This document shows positions 24,301-37,100 of a stretch of DNA of 64,000 nt, one piece after another (the stretch's first letter is position 1; the number at the start of each line of letters is the position of its first letter). The stretch lies in the NCBI GenBank assembly GCA_950097015.1, contig CATNEN010000033.1, positions 2,232,001 to 2,296,000 of the forward strand, read 5' to 3'. The notes under the pieces were generated by a model. It was not told where the DNA came from. It saw nothing but the letters and a program-made list of their open reading frames with translations, and searched no databases. The translations under genes and the position numbers were made by a program. Origin of the DNA: Macrostomum hystrix (taxonomy: Eukaryota > Animalia > Platyhelminthes).

Positions 24301-25164
24301 TAAATTTCCCTCATGAAAGTGCGGGACCACTCGCAATAAGAGCCTTTTTAATTTCTGAATGGAAGCTCAATATGCTGTTTAGTTGGCCAGTTTTTAAGCT
24401 TATGGACAAGCGCGTAGCGTAAATCACAAAAACTAGTTTTTTTACGCTCGTAGTTATAACTTCGTATAAGTTATAAGTTGCGCTCGTACCATATTTTTGT
24501 AACATAGCCGGAACAAAAAAGGGAAACGATTCTGAAATAAATTAAACTGTGTTTTCTGGTCTGACCCTTTAATATACGACCTATTATCGGACTGAGACAA
24601 TCTCTACATACATAAGATAGACTCTAATCCTCAGCAATGGCAACACAAAATTAACAGTAGGACCTATCAAGACATTTTGCCGCCCGTTTATATACCAAGG
24701 GGGAATTCCCCTCAGGTAGTTCTAATGTGAACTATGAAAAAGAAATGATGTAACCAAATCACAAACCCGAGTTCCCAAAAAATGCTCGCGACAGAATTCT
24801 AGGTTAAAGAAATTAGTCTAAAAGTGCTTCCAAAGTCGATAAAGCAAAATCAAAATTATCAGTCTAATATGTCTCTGATGAATTTGCACATCAAGGTTCA
24901 TTCATTCAAGATTCATTCTCTGATGAATCTACTCTGCATTGCTTCACGACAAATGAAGCGTAATATCTCGAAATCGTGATTACAGACGCCTTTTGAAATG
25001 ATTGTTTTTCGGAGAATGCGGCGATCCATAATTTGAGTTGCTGGGTGCTCTGCTACCTTTAATTAATGCAAATGCCTTTACTGGTTGATTATTAAAGCAT
25101 AGATGGTCGCTTTTTTCTAAACTATATGCGAAGTGTGAAGTAATTAAGAATCTTTGTCGCAAAC

Positions 25165-28100
25165 ATGACGACGAGAGCTCAAAATTGTAAGTGATTTTTG
25201 TTGTTGATAGATTTTAGTTTAGCTTATTACATTTGCATACATTTTATGGGAATATGAAGTCTGTCATATGAAATTGATGATAAAATAGTCAGATTTCAGA
25301 TATTTCAAATTTCCCATTGTGGCTTATGCTTATAGCTGTTGACTTCACTAGGTTCTATCTTAAAATATCTATTTTATGAAAGAGATATAGTGAGTAGAAA
25401 ATAAATGGGTGGCATTACAGCTCAGCATATTGTAATGTATGAATTTTTTTTCCCTTTAATTTTTGAAAAAAAAAACCTAATGGGTTCAATTGTTTTCTTT
25501 TACCCAAGGCCAACTTTGCCTTGGCTCAAAAACTTTATATTACAAAGTAGTATCCAAATATATACAGTTAAGTTATATGAAATCAGCAGAAATTGTAATC
25601 AAAGTGTTGTCATAGACTCACTTTTGAATTGTTGCTATATCCCTGGGGAATTTTTTGCTTTACGCAGATTTTTTGAAAATTCACAATCATAAATGTGTCA
25701 TATGCTTTCTATGAATCATTAATGTAAGTTAAAAATAAATAATTGAACTAACACTATTTTATACATTAGAAAATATGAATGTGTATATATATATACTAAA
25801 TATTAGACTATAAAGCAGCATTTTTACTATTTTTTTAAATATTGAAATGCAATGTAAATTAGTTTGCTGTATTTTCAAAAAATGATGCATGGCTGAAAAT
25901 TAAAATAAATAATACATATGTTGAGTAATATGAAGATTAATCTGAGTAACTATCAACATAACAGTACCAATGTGTTCTGCACTCCAAGCTGGTTTTGCTA
26001 TATGCCCCAGTAGGCTATGTTCTCTATGTTTTCTGAGTTAGAGAGAAATGACCACTTAAAATTCTGTGCTTCTGTGCAATTTTACTTTGTTCTCCATCCA
26101 TTAGACTCCACCCAGACCTATGGACTATCAACCTGTAACTGCTTTGTACATGTAATATATTTACTTATTTGTTACACTGAGTGACAAAATTGTACTGCCT
26201 TATTGTACTTTTGTTTCATACAATATACCTGAGGATGCAATTTGGAGTGTGCAATGTGTCCAAACTATCATGTTGATTCTTGGATTCATTAAAATTTTCT
26301 CATTTATGTATAAGAGAAATATGTTGTACTGATAGCTAAGTATAACTCATTTTATTTTTATATGCTTTGACTAGAATATAAATATAAACTCACTGTTTCT
26401 TGTACTTTACCACTCGATTTCAATCGTTTATTGTAATATTTTTGTCTTATGTAGCCAAGTCGGTACTTAAAAAAACTGAAAAATTGACAGATATTCCTTT
26501 AACTACAAAGACCTTCACAGCTATTTTTATTTAGGCTTTCTCTATCAGATTATTCACATTTTTAATGGCTTTGTGTAATCTCATAGTGAAGGAACTAAAT
26601 TTTAATGCAATAAATGTAGAAAGCTATTGTTTTCCTCCACACAGTCGCCGCCAAGATTAAAATCCTGCGTGACTACCAGGCCAAGCTCAGCAATGCCGTC
26701 AGCCCGCCGCCTCCCGGCAGCGATATTGCCAACACACTGAAGAACTTCAGCCAGACCCTGCTTGGGTGAGTGCAACATAGGCCTAGCGCACTTGTATAGG
26801 AATTTTTACTCGTACTTCAAGGTAGCAGTTATCCCACGGGATATTAATTTGTTCTTCCCACTTGCTCAGCTTCCTGAAGGACTGCCCGGCCCTGGATCCC
26901 GAGAGCCTCGGCGGTCGAAGCAAAGAGTTTAGCCGCCTGCACAACACGTTTCCAAACCTGTGCTACTCCGAGCTCTACTATGCCGTCATCTACCTGCTGG
27001 ATGTGATGCACAATGTCCAGTCCGGCCAGGCCGCCGCCTACGAGGCTATACTCACAATCCTAGCACAATTGATTCCCTTCCTTGAAGTGGAAATTCTCGA
27101 GACCATGCCCTACACTGTGGCGTGCATGCTGCCGTTTCTGCCACAGCAGCTGTGCCGCACACTGGTTGACTGCCTGACCAACGTCATGTTTCCGCTGATC
27201 CTGCGTGAGTTCCACCGAAAATTGCACCTTAGATCCCAGATACTTCACCCCAGTCAGATCCCAGATCCCACATCCGAGACAGATCCCACATCCGAAACAA
27301 ATCCCAGATCCCACATCCCAAATCCTACATCCCAGATCCTACATCCCAGATCCTACATCCCAGATCCTACATCCCAGATCCTACATTCCAGATTCTACAT
27401 CCCAGATCCTACATCCCAGATCCTACATCCCAGATCCTACATCCCAGATCCTTTATCCCATATCCTACATTACAGATCCTACATCCCAGATCCTACATTC
27501 CATATCCTACATCCCAGATCCTACATCCCAGATCCTACATCCCAGATCCTACATCCCAGATCCTACATCCCAGATCCTACATCCCAGATCCTACATCCCA
27601 GATCTTACATCCCAGATCCTACATCCCAGATCCTACATCCCAGATCCTACATCCCAGATCCTACATCCCAGATCCTTTATCCCAGATCCTACATCCCAGA
27701 TCCTACATCCCAGATCCTACATCCCAGATCCTACATCCCAGATCCTACATCCCAGATCCTACATCCCAGATCCTACATCCCAGATCCTTACATCCCAGAT
27801 CCTACATCCCAGATCCTACATCCCAGATCCTACATCCCAGATCCTACATCCCAGATCCTACATCCCAGATCTTACATCCCAGATCTTACATCCCGTAACT
27901 TTGAGTTCTCTCTAACTTGTGTGCTCACTTCAGGCTGGAGCGAGGAGTCTGAGTCATACGCAACCGAGTCGCTGCCGGCCATTCTCACAATGGTCTTCCA
28001 ATACGTGGAGAAGCCAGGTGAGTGGGACGAGCGAGTGATGCATATTATTAATCTTTCAAGTTCGGTTAGTCGATTTTGTCTTTGATCAAACTCTTTCCGA

Positions 28101-31100
28101 GTTCCACTATCCACTCCAGAATTGCACAGCCAGGTGGTTGAGTGCCTGATGGGCCTGAAGCGCGACCTGTCACGCGACCTGGCTTCGTGGCTGCCCACGG
28201 ACCAACGGAGACCCGCCTGCCGGCCGTGATGATGCTATTTCACTATTGGCCGGAGCTGCTGCCACAGAATGCCAACATTCTGCAGGCTCTGCGCCTCTCC
28301 AAGTACAAGCACGAACCCTGGCAGCCAATCGTGTGCGAGCGGCCCGAGTGTCCGAATAAGAACAACAAGGCCAGCCGCAGCGCGGCCAAGATGACCATCT
28401 CGCCAAAGCTCTGCCTGGTCAAGGAGAACAAGAGCCCGCCATTCTACCTCTGCTTGGACTGCGCGGATGCTTTAGCCAAGCACGATCGGGCACTGCTCAT
28501 TGACGTGCTGGGGCCAATGAAGGTGAGCTTCAGCTGCCAACTGATTTGTCCTATTTAAGACAATAATAAGAAACTCAATGAGTTAATAAGAAAAGGAGCT
28601 CAGAGGCAGCAGAGGAACCCACGGGAACTCAGAGGCAGCAGAGGAACCCACGGGAGCTCAGAGGCAGCAGAGGAACCCACAGGAACTCAGAGGCAACAGA
28701 GGAACCCATGGGAACTCAGAGGCAGCAGAGGAACCCACGGGAGCTCAGAGGCAGCAGAGGAACCCACGGGAACTCAGAGGCAGCAGAGGAACCCATGGGA
28801 ACTCAGAGGCAGCAGAGGAACCCACAGGAACTCAGAGGCAGCAGAGGAACCCACGGGAACTCAGAGGCAACAGAGGAACCCATGGGAGCTCAGAGGCAGC
28901 AGAGGAACCCACAGGAACTCAGAGGCAGCAGAGGAACCCACGGGAACTCAGAGGCAGCAGAGGAACCCACGGGAACTCAGAGGCAGCAGAGGAACCCACG
29001 GGAGCTCAGAGGCAGCAGAGGAACCCACAGGAACTCAGAGGCAGCAAAGGGTCCCACGGGAGCTCAGATGCAACAGATGAACTTATGGGTAGCAGAGGAC
29101 CGCAATAAAGGCCGCATGGTGTCGCCAACACCTAACACTGCCAGGCCCTGCCACTGGCCTGCGAGTCGAAGACCTGCCGCAGCGGCGCCGGCAACCGGGT
29201 CCACTCCACCTGCTTCAGCGCCGAGTGCGCCCATCTGAGCGGAGGCCGGCCCATCAGGCTTTGTGAAGAGTGCCACAGCCACCGGCACAGCCATGCTGGC
29301 AGGCAGCACGTGACCCAGACTCCCCTGCCCGACATCTGGGACTGCCCGGTGGAGCTGCAGCAGTACATGCTGGAGAGCATTGTGAGCTTAATCCTGGAGG
29401 CCCAGGTGCCAAAGGTTCGCACATACAGCAGGGAGAAGGGTGACGAGGACAACTGGTACTGCCTGCCTGAGGACGCGTACCCGGACAACCTGAGCGACAA
29501 GGACCGCAAAATCCTGTCCATCTACGGCGTCATTCTCATAGTGGAAAAGTGCAAGCCCAGAGAGACAGTCAGCATTGTGAGATTCGTTTGTTGACAATGT
29601 TATTTGCGGCCAGCATTGGTTTCTGCCAGTGTCACTCTAATCTTCTCATCTTGTCTGATTATCTATCCCAAAGTGTCAGTTTAATAATCAAAAGTCTTTA
29701 TCAAACTGGCGGTGTAAATCAACCTATTCTTACGGTGTCAATTTATCTATATCACAGCTATCACAATATCAATGCGTCAATCTCGGTGTTATTTTATCAA
29801 TCTAGCAGTGTCAATGTACTGATCTGAGAGTCACCCGTTTGTCACCTGAACTGCTTCCGTTGACGCAGGAAATTCTCGGCCGCATCCTGGCCGCCCTGTT
29901 TCTATGGTTTGACAACACTAAACTGGCCGAGGACTCGAAAGGTGAGGCTCTGGGTAGGTCGGTATCAAGTGTACACTAATCTGTACACCAATCAAAATGT
30001 TGATTAATTTTTTCAGAAAATTCTAGCGGATTTTCTGCTTTTAATAAAAGAGTTCGACAGAATTTTTAGCGTTTCACGCCTGTCAGAATTAGCCACAAAA
30101 CAAATGCACTTTAGTGGAGCGGTTTGGTTTTTGGTTTATTGTGTTCACTGCAATGAGTGCCAAATTAGCACCATGTAGTGACCTCCGACAGATGACGGTT
30201 CCCGCTTTGCATTTCGGTTCGTAGTGTATGTTTAGTTTAATGCCCAGAATTCTATTATCCCAATTATCCCCATTATCATTTTTGCTTTACCATATTTTTT
30301 ATACCTCTATGCCAAATTATCTTTCATTCATCGACACTTTCTTGCATCTGTACAGAACAAGGAGTTCTTATCTTCAGCCCACAGCCGAACTCACAGCCGA
30401 TCAGAGCCACAAACTATCAGAACCTACAACCAATCAGAGGCCACAGCTACGCTCGTAATTAGAACCAACAGCCTATCAGAGTTTAAAGCCTATCAGAACT
30501 CACAACCAATCGGATTCAAAAGCCTATCAGAACCTACAGCGGATCAGAGTCCACTGCCTATACGAACCCGCAGCCCATTAGATCTCACAGCCTTTAACAA
30601 CTCATAGCCAATCAGAACTCACAACCAATCAGATTCAAAAGCCTATCAGAACCTACAGCGGATCAGAGTCCACTGCCTATACGAACCCGCAGCCCATTAG
30701 ATCTCACAGCCTTTAACAACTCATAGCCTATCAGAACTCGGTTGTCACACTCAGGAAAGTCCGAAACTGTCTATTTCATTTCAATTCGTACTCAAAGTCG
30801 CCGTGTGTCTCCATGGCTTTTCATTTGTTTATTAAATTGTTGTCAATTAGCTATTATTATTATTATTATTTGATTTATTTTTACTTTTTATATTCGTATT
30901 GTGTAGCTTCCCACGTTATTGACTTTTTGCTTACTTTTATAAAAAGTAAAAAGTTGACAGCCTTTTACAGGCTTGACAGCTTTGATGGCTCGTCATTTTT
31001 TCTTAATTCTAGCGTGCACACCCAATGCTTATTTTGCATTGAAAGGAAAATAAAAAAATAATAATGTAAAAACCAAAAGCAGAAACGGCTTGGATAAATT

Positions 31101-34100
31101 CTTAAAGCTATATTATAGCCAAATCGATGCACAGCATTTAATACTAAGCATTTTAGGGCTTACTGCTCTACCATCTATGAACCCTTGTTATCTTGCTTAA
31201 AAGCTAAAATTAACATTCGCATAATTGTAGCACTGTACACTACCTATCAATTATCATAGATAGATATTTTTTAAACGATACTTTTAAACAACCGCACGAT
31301 GTCACGTGATGTTCAGTTGCCAGCAGGTATTTCAGCTCCCTTTTTATAATTTAACATATTGACGGATAGAGCTGTACATTAGAACTCCTTTCTCGGGTTA
31401 TCCACTTGAACTCTTCAGCCAGTGTACATTGGTCGTTGGCAAATAAAACGATGTACATTTTCTCCATTGGTGTTCCTCTCACTATTTCTTTCCTCTCGTG
31501 TACATTCCGCTGCACCCGGGGCTGTATTTTATCTGACTGACTTTCTTGTACCAATTTAGTTCCAAATTGTGGGTTGGGCCACTGAGCGTGGGTAAAGGGT
31601 TTTTGCTCCAGCCAATTAGAACTTTGTGAGGGGTGGGTGGCTGAAAATTCTTGCGAGGTGGGGGTTCGCTCCAGCCAGTGGGAGCTCAGTGAAGTTTTAT
31701 CAGCCAAACTAGAAATAAACGAACATCATCGTGCCTCGTCGCTAATTTTCTTAACATCCCATCGCGCTCCTAATTACTCGTAGCTATACTAATACAAATT
31801 AGTATATACTATATACAATATAGCAGATATTTCTCTGGCAATTGCAATCAGTTTTTAACGTGCCAGACAAAGTCTTTTCGTATTTCGTAGAATGATTTTG
31901 GATTATCACCGAGCAATCAATTCTGCCAATCGTTAAAAAGTTTGCGCAAAGATCTCCCATAATTATTCGCATTTTTTTCTACCGCAATCGTCCTTCATAA
32001 CAACGCCCTCGCTTCCAGTGACCGGCAATACCAAATCTGCCTTATCGTTGCAAGAGAAATGTAATATAAATCTGCACCCAGTTATTAAACGTGCTCTTGT
32101 TTATTGAGTCAGTTATCAATCGCTTATATATTATTTAAGTAATCCATTTCGTTACTTTTCACACGTGTCTAATTTTTTACTGGCAGCAGTCAGCAAAAAC
32201 TAATAATATAATAATTGTGTTTTTGCCTAATACTTTTTGTCTAATATTTTTTCGCCACCTGGCGTTCTGCTCAATACTTGATTTACGCAACAATATAATT
32301 GTGTGTATGTGATTCACCATGAAGCGTGTGTGTGTGTGCTTCAATCCGCTGGTTTAACTAATGTCTTATTTGGCGCTCACTTTGAATATTCTACGCCTAA
32401 TCATAATACATTAAATGTATACAGCCGCTTTTAGTCACACTATACACCAACTACTATTTATAAGCATAAATAGACCGCTTCTCACCTTGGGTATTAAAGT
32501 TTGCTTACTGTACTGTTAGCTCCCGAATCACTCTATCATATAACTTCCAATTTCACTTTCTCCTATCTATGTTTTTCTCTATCTTTCTTAAATTCTTTTT
32601 TGTCTCTTGTTCATTTTTTATTGTAAAATTTCCGATGTAGAAAGCAGATTTTTCATTGCCGTGCCTGCTGATTTGAAATTTAATTTTGTTCAGCTGCACC
32701 ACACTCCCAACCTCCGCCGCTCTAGAATGTACACACACTGTCCCACTCTACTCTCTGTCCCCTATGTACAGCACAATCCCTGCAAAAACTCTTGCCCCAA
32801 AATGTGCATGCGTCCGTCCCGCTCTATTCTCTGCCCTTATGTACACCTCAATCCCTCCTCAATCCCTGCAAAAACTCTTGCCCCAAAATGTGCATGCGTC
32901 CGTCCCGCTCTATTCTCTGCCCTTATGTACACCTCAATCCCTGCAAAAACTCTTGCCCCAAAATGTGCATGCGTCCGTCCCGCTCTATTCTCTGCCCTTA
33001 TGCACACCTCAATCCCTGCAAAAACTCCATCAATATACACAGCCTCCAATGTACGTGATCCTAGCCCACAGTAAACAAACGTCCCATTCTCTAAACTACC
33101 TTGACTGAACTTACAAAAGAACTCAAACAGACCTCTACTCTACTCACCACTCTACCCTAAGTCTGCTCGTAGTGCTAAGAGTTTTATATGCACCAAAATG
33201 TCTAAAATGATTGAAAAGCTTCGAGCAGGCACAGGCAGACAATTATGTCGTCGGATTAGCTAGTCCTGACTGCTTTGTTCAACTCTTGTTCTTTACGAGT
33301 ACAATACTATACCTTCTGAGATATTCTGTTATTAGCTGCCTAATAGACTAGGTATGTGCTGGAGTATTCAATTTTCTATTATAATTTCGGCTTAGCTCAC
33401 ATCCGTAAAGCATGAAACGGTTGCGCATTTTAGGCAGTTTGCTTGGTGATTAGGAAATTCTCAGCAGCTTATTGTAGCTCAGATAGTCTCAATAGTCTGA
33501 CTCGTGTAGGACTCTGTAGAATATGCCGAGCTAATTGCATGCTACGTGTGCGCTCTCTATTGGAACCGAAGAGCGTACACTTGTGTTGCATGATTAACCA
33601 TATTAACAGAGAACTAAAAAGGTGCACCAATTTTCGTCATTTTTTTCATTTGAAGCTTTTTTGTGAACTTCAGACTAGAGTTATATTAATTTATTTCAAG
33701 TAACTTCTGCGTTTCTGAAGAATTGTTAATCTTTTCCTTCATTTTTCAACTCAATCTGCCACTAAAGTGGTCGATGTTATTTTATGTTGGGATAATTTCT
33801 GAAGATCTGAGGTCAATTTTACTTGTATATGCTCTTAGGCTTGTAGGAAATTTTGTAAGGAAAGCTTTTTTTATCATGTAAGTTTCTCTTAATTTCAAAG
33901 TTTATTTACTTCATTACATTTGCAGTCATCCGGGTCATTCATTACATCTGCAGTCATCCGGGTCATTCATTACATCTGCAGTCATCCGGGTCATTCATTA
34001 CATCTGCAGTCATCCGGGTCATTCATTGCATCTGCAGTCATCCGGGTCATTCATTACATCTGCAGCCATCCGGGTCAATTATTACATCTGCAGTCATCCG

Positions 34101-37100
34101 GGTCATTCATTACATCTGCAGTCATCCGGGTCATTCATTACATCTGCAGTCATCCGGGTCATTCATTACATCTGCAGTCATCCGGGTCATTCATTGCATC
34201 TGCAGTCATCCGGGTCATTCATTACATCTGCAGTCATCCGGGTCATTCATTGCATCTGCAGCCATCCGGGTCAATTATTACATCTGCAGTCATCCGGGTC
34301 ATTCATTACATCTGCAGTCATCCGGGTCATTCATTACATCTGCAGTCATCCGGGTCATTCATTGCATCTGCAGTCATCCGGGTCATTCATTACATCTGCA
34401 GTCATCCGGGTCATTCATTACATCTGCAGTCTACCTGGGTTCATTAGTGCATCCGAGTTTTGTCTATTCTAATTAAGTCACCTTTTTGCGACTGCTTTCA
34501 TGTGGTGCTTTGATGATCTCAAATGATTAATTGGTCCAGTACAAGTGTGAAAAATGAATAGTGCAATTATTATCAGCACAAAGTCGTGTTGCTCTGAACC
34601 CAATCGCACTGGTCCATTCGCTCGCACGCAAACCACTCGGCCGGCACTGCTTTGACCCCAATCCCCTTGTCGAGCTATTCGCACGAACCAGAAGATTTTC
34701 TCATCTTTTCGAATATTATAAAATATGTTTACTATTGAATTATCGAGTAACTGAATTATTCATCTGTGACAACTTGCGAACTTGTGTGAAGTGCCTGCAG
34801 AATGTATTTTACGCATTCCAAATTATAGCTCAACGTAGTGTATATTAAGCAAAAATTTTATTTTAAAATAGTAAAGAACAATGATTTCATTTTAAATAGG
34901 TGCATAATTTTCTACCCAAGAACGGATTGTCAGTAGTTGTGATTGGTTTTAAAAATACAACCTTGCTCGTTTTTTTTGTTTCTTTATTCACTTGCGACAT
35001 TGAAGGGCAGCACAATTTAAGTCCATTTTCATTATACCTGACTACATGTTTGCATTTTCCGCAGATAGTGTTGGTAAATTGCTAATCTACATCGTTTTTG
35101 TGAGATAGAGCAGGTGTCATTCCCGAAAAATTCGAAGTTTGATCCTTAGTTATTTACACACTGACTCAGCAACAATGTTACTTTATACTACTTAGACTAC
35201 TACTCGCCAGATGAAATCTCAAATGCATGTTCCAGTCTGCTTTTGTGTTTAATAGTATATGTGTTCTAATTATTTGCTAATAGTAGACCAGGGTTCTTCG
35301 CTGTTACTTCTCACTGGTACTATCATGCAATTGTTTTATTATTACAATAATAAATCATAGTTTTTATCTTAAAATTTTTGTTGAAATTGTTTTATATTCG
35401 TGTTTGGAATTATTGTGTAGCACAAAAAGATAAATTAATTAAAATTATCTGTACCATTTTCCTTAAAAACATTATTGTGAAATCTTCTTCAACTTATGCT
35501 TAAGTGATGGAAACGATTAGCCGTACAGGGGCCAGAGCTTAAAAACTAACTGTGTAATAACAAGTTTCATATATTTGTCTAAAAGCGAAGATTGCACTGT
35601 TGTTGAAGTTCAGTTTCTGTCAAACAATGAAGTGTCAAAAATATTTTTAGCTTTCAAAAGAAAATATTTACCTGTGTTGTCTAAAGTTCACCCATGCATG
35701 CTAATTTATTGATGCCCTATTTCGAACCCAAACTTTACCTGTCACTTGTTGATTTGAAGGTGTGACCGTTCTACAGTAGATTGAGGGTTGGGTAGTGTTT
35801 CTCTTTCTAGTTAATTTTTATAACACACACTACCTTGCAAAGCTCAGAGCGGTCACACATTCGCAGGTGTGTCTAAGAGTAGTCGAGTCTCGAAAACCTT
35901 CTTCTTGCACGCCTTAGCCCCGGCTCTCCCAACTCTCCGCACCTACATCCTTCCAGGCGTAGTGCCAATTATCTCTGGCGCGTCTTTAGATTTCGACCCG
36001 CCGCCAATGCCTTCGCCAAAGAAGGCCACTGGTAAGGACTTTGCGTGCTCGATGGCAGCTCGCTTCACTGCGCAATCGCTCCGGTCATTTATGCGGGGCG
36101 ACCTTGGGAATCTCCCGGCCGTTTCAATTGGCTACGCACACTCGCAAGAGCTGTCACGTGATGGCCCTTTCGTCCAATAGCGACATGCGTGTGTGTGTTA
36201 CCAAGAGGATCGGCAGGGTGAAATCCAAAAGTTGAGCATACATGGCTCCAATCCTCTCTTCCTCTGCGTCTCCCTCTTCGCGAGTCATTTTCCTCGCCGG
36301 CTTGCTGTTTGCTGTTTTTTACTTCATTGTTTGTTTCGAAATGCTCGGCTTGGTTTTCTAGAAGAATTTTGTCTTTCGTTTTTTGTATTTCTCAGTGCCA
36401 CTGTGGGTGCCACCGTGTGCTTCTGTCTTGCAGCCAGTTTCACATCAGACATCAAGTGATCGATATTAATATTACTCTCAGCGCTCTCATGTGTGCTTCT
36501 GTCTTGCAGCCAGTTTCACATCAGACATCAAGTGATCGATATTAATATTACTCTCAGCGCTCTCATGTGTGCTTCTGTCTTGCAGCCAGTTTCACATCAG
36601 ACATCGAGTGACTCACTGTCTAATTCGTTAATTGTGTTCTTGTGCCTGAATGTGTATTGCTTACTGATTTTCGGCTGGTCTGGCTTTGATCCAAGTGTCC
36701 TTTTGGCACAGTCACATTGTATCTCACAATATCTGTCTGTCAAACCATTCACTGTCTCGCTTTTCGATTAAATTGGCTTTGATTCTTGCCTTGTATGCAA
36801 AGGTGCCGGAATTATTGCACTTTATTGACTAAAGACGAGTTGTGATGGCATGAAAAAGAATCTTTACTTTTTGTCTGTGACCCAACCGCTCTGAGATATG
36901 ATTTTTATTTTCGGACTTTTGGCTTGATTTTGCTCGACAAACACATTGTGTTTTGTTTCACTACAATGTTATATATTTGCATTCCAAACATTAACTCAAA
37001 TATTTTGGACTGGTCGCATTTTGAGTACAGGAATGAAGATTTTTTCGTTTTAGCTTCTGGTAATCTTTGGTTAGGTTGGTTATCGGTTAGTCTATCGATA

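Noticed and set aside
24456-24468. Exact 13-bp loxP arm ATAACTTCGTATA
   Set aside because: There is no second arm 8 bp away and no vector sequence nearby; treated as a chance match in AT-rich DNA.
31351-31707. 118-aa minus-strand ORF in unc-79 intron 7, and coding-looking fragments at about 31.9, 44.4-44.8 and 55.3-55.5 kb
   Set aside because: No recognisable motifs or consistent splice structure; probably decayed TE sequence or chance. Not called without a homology search.
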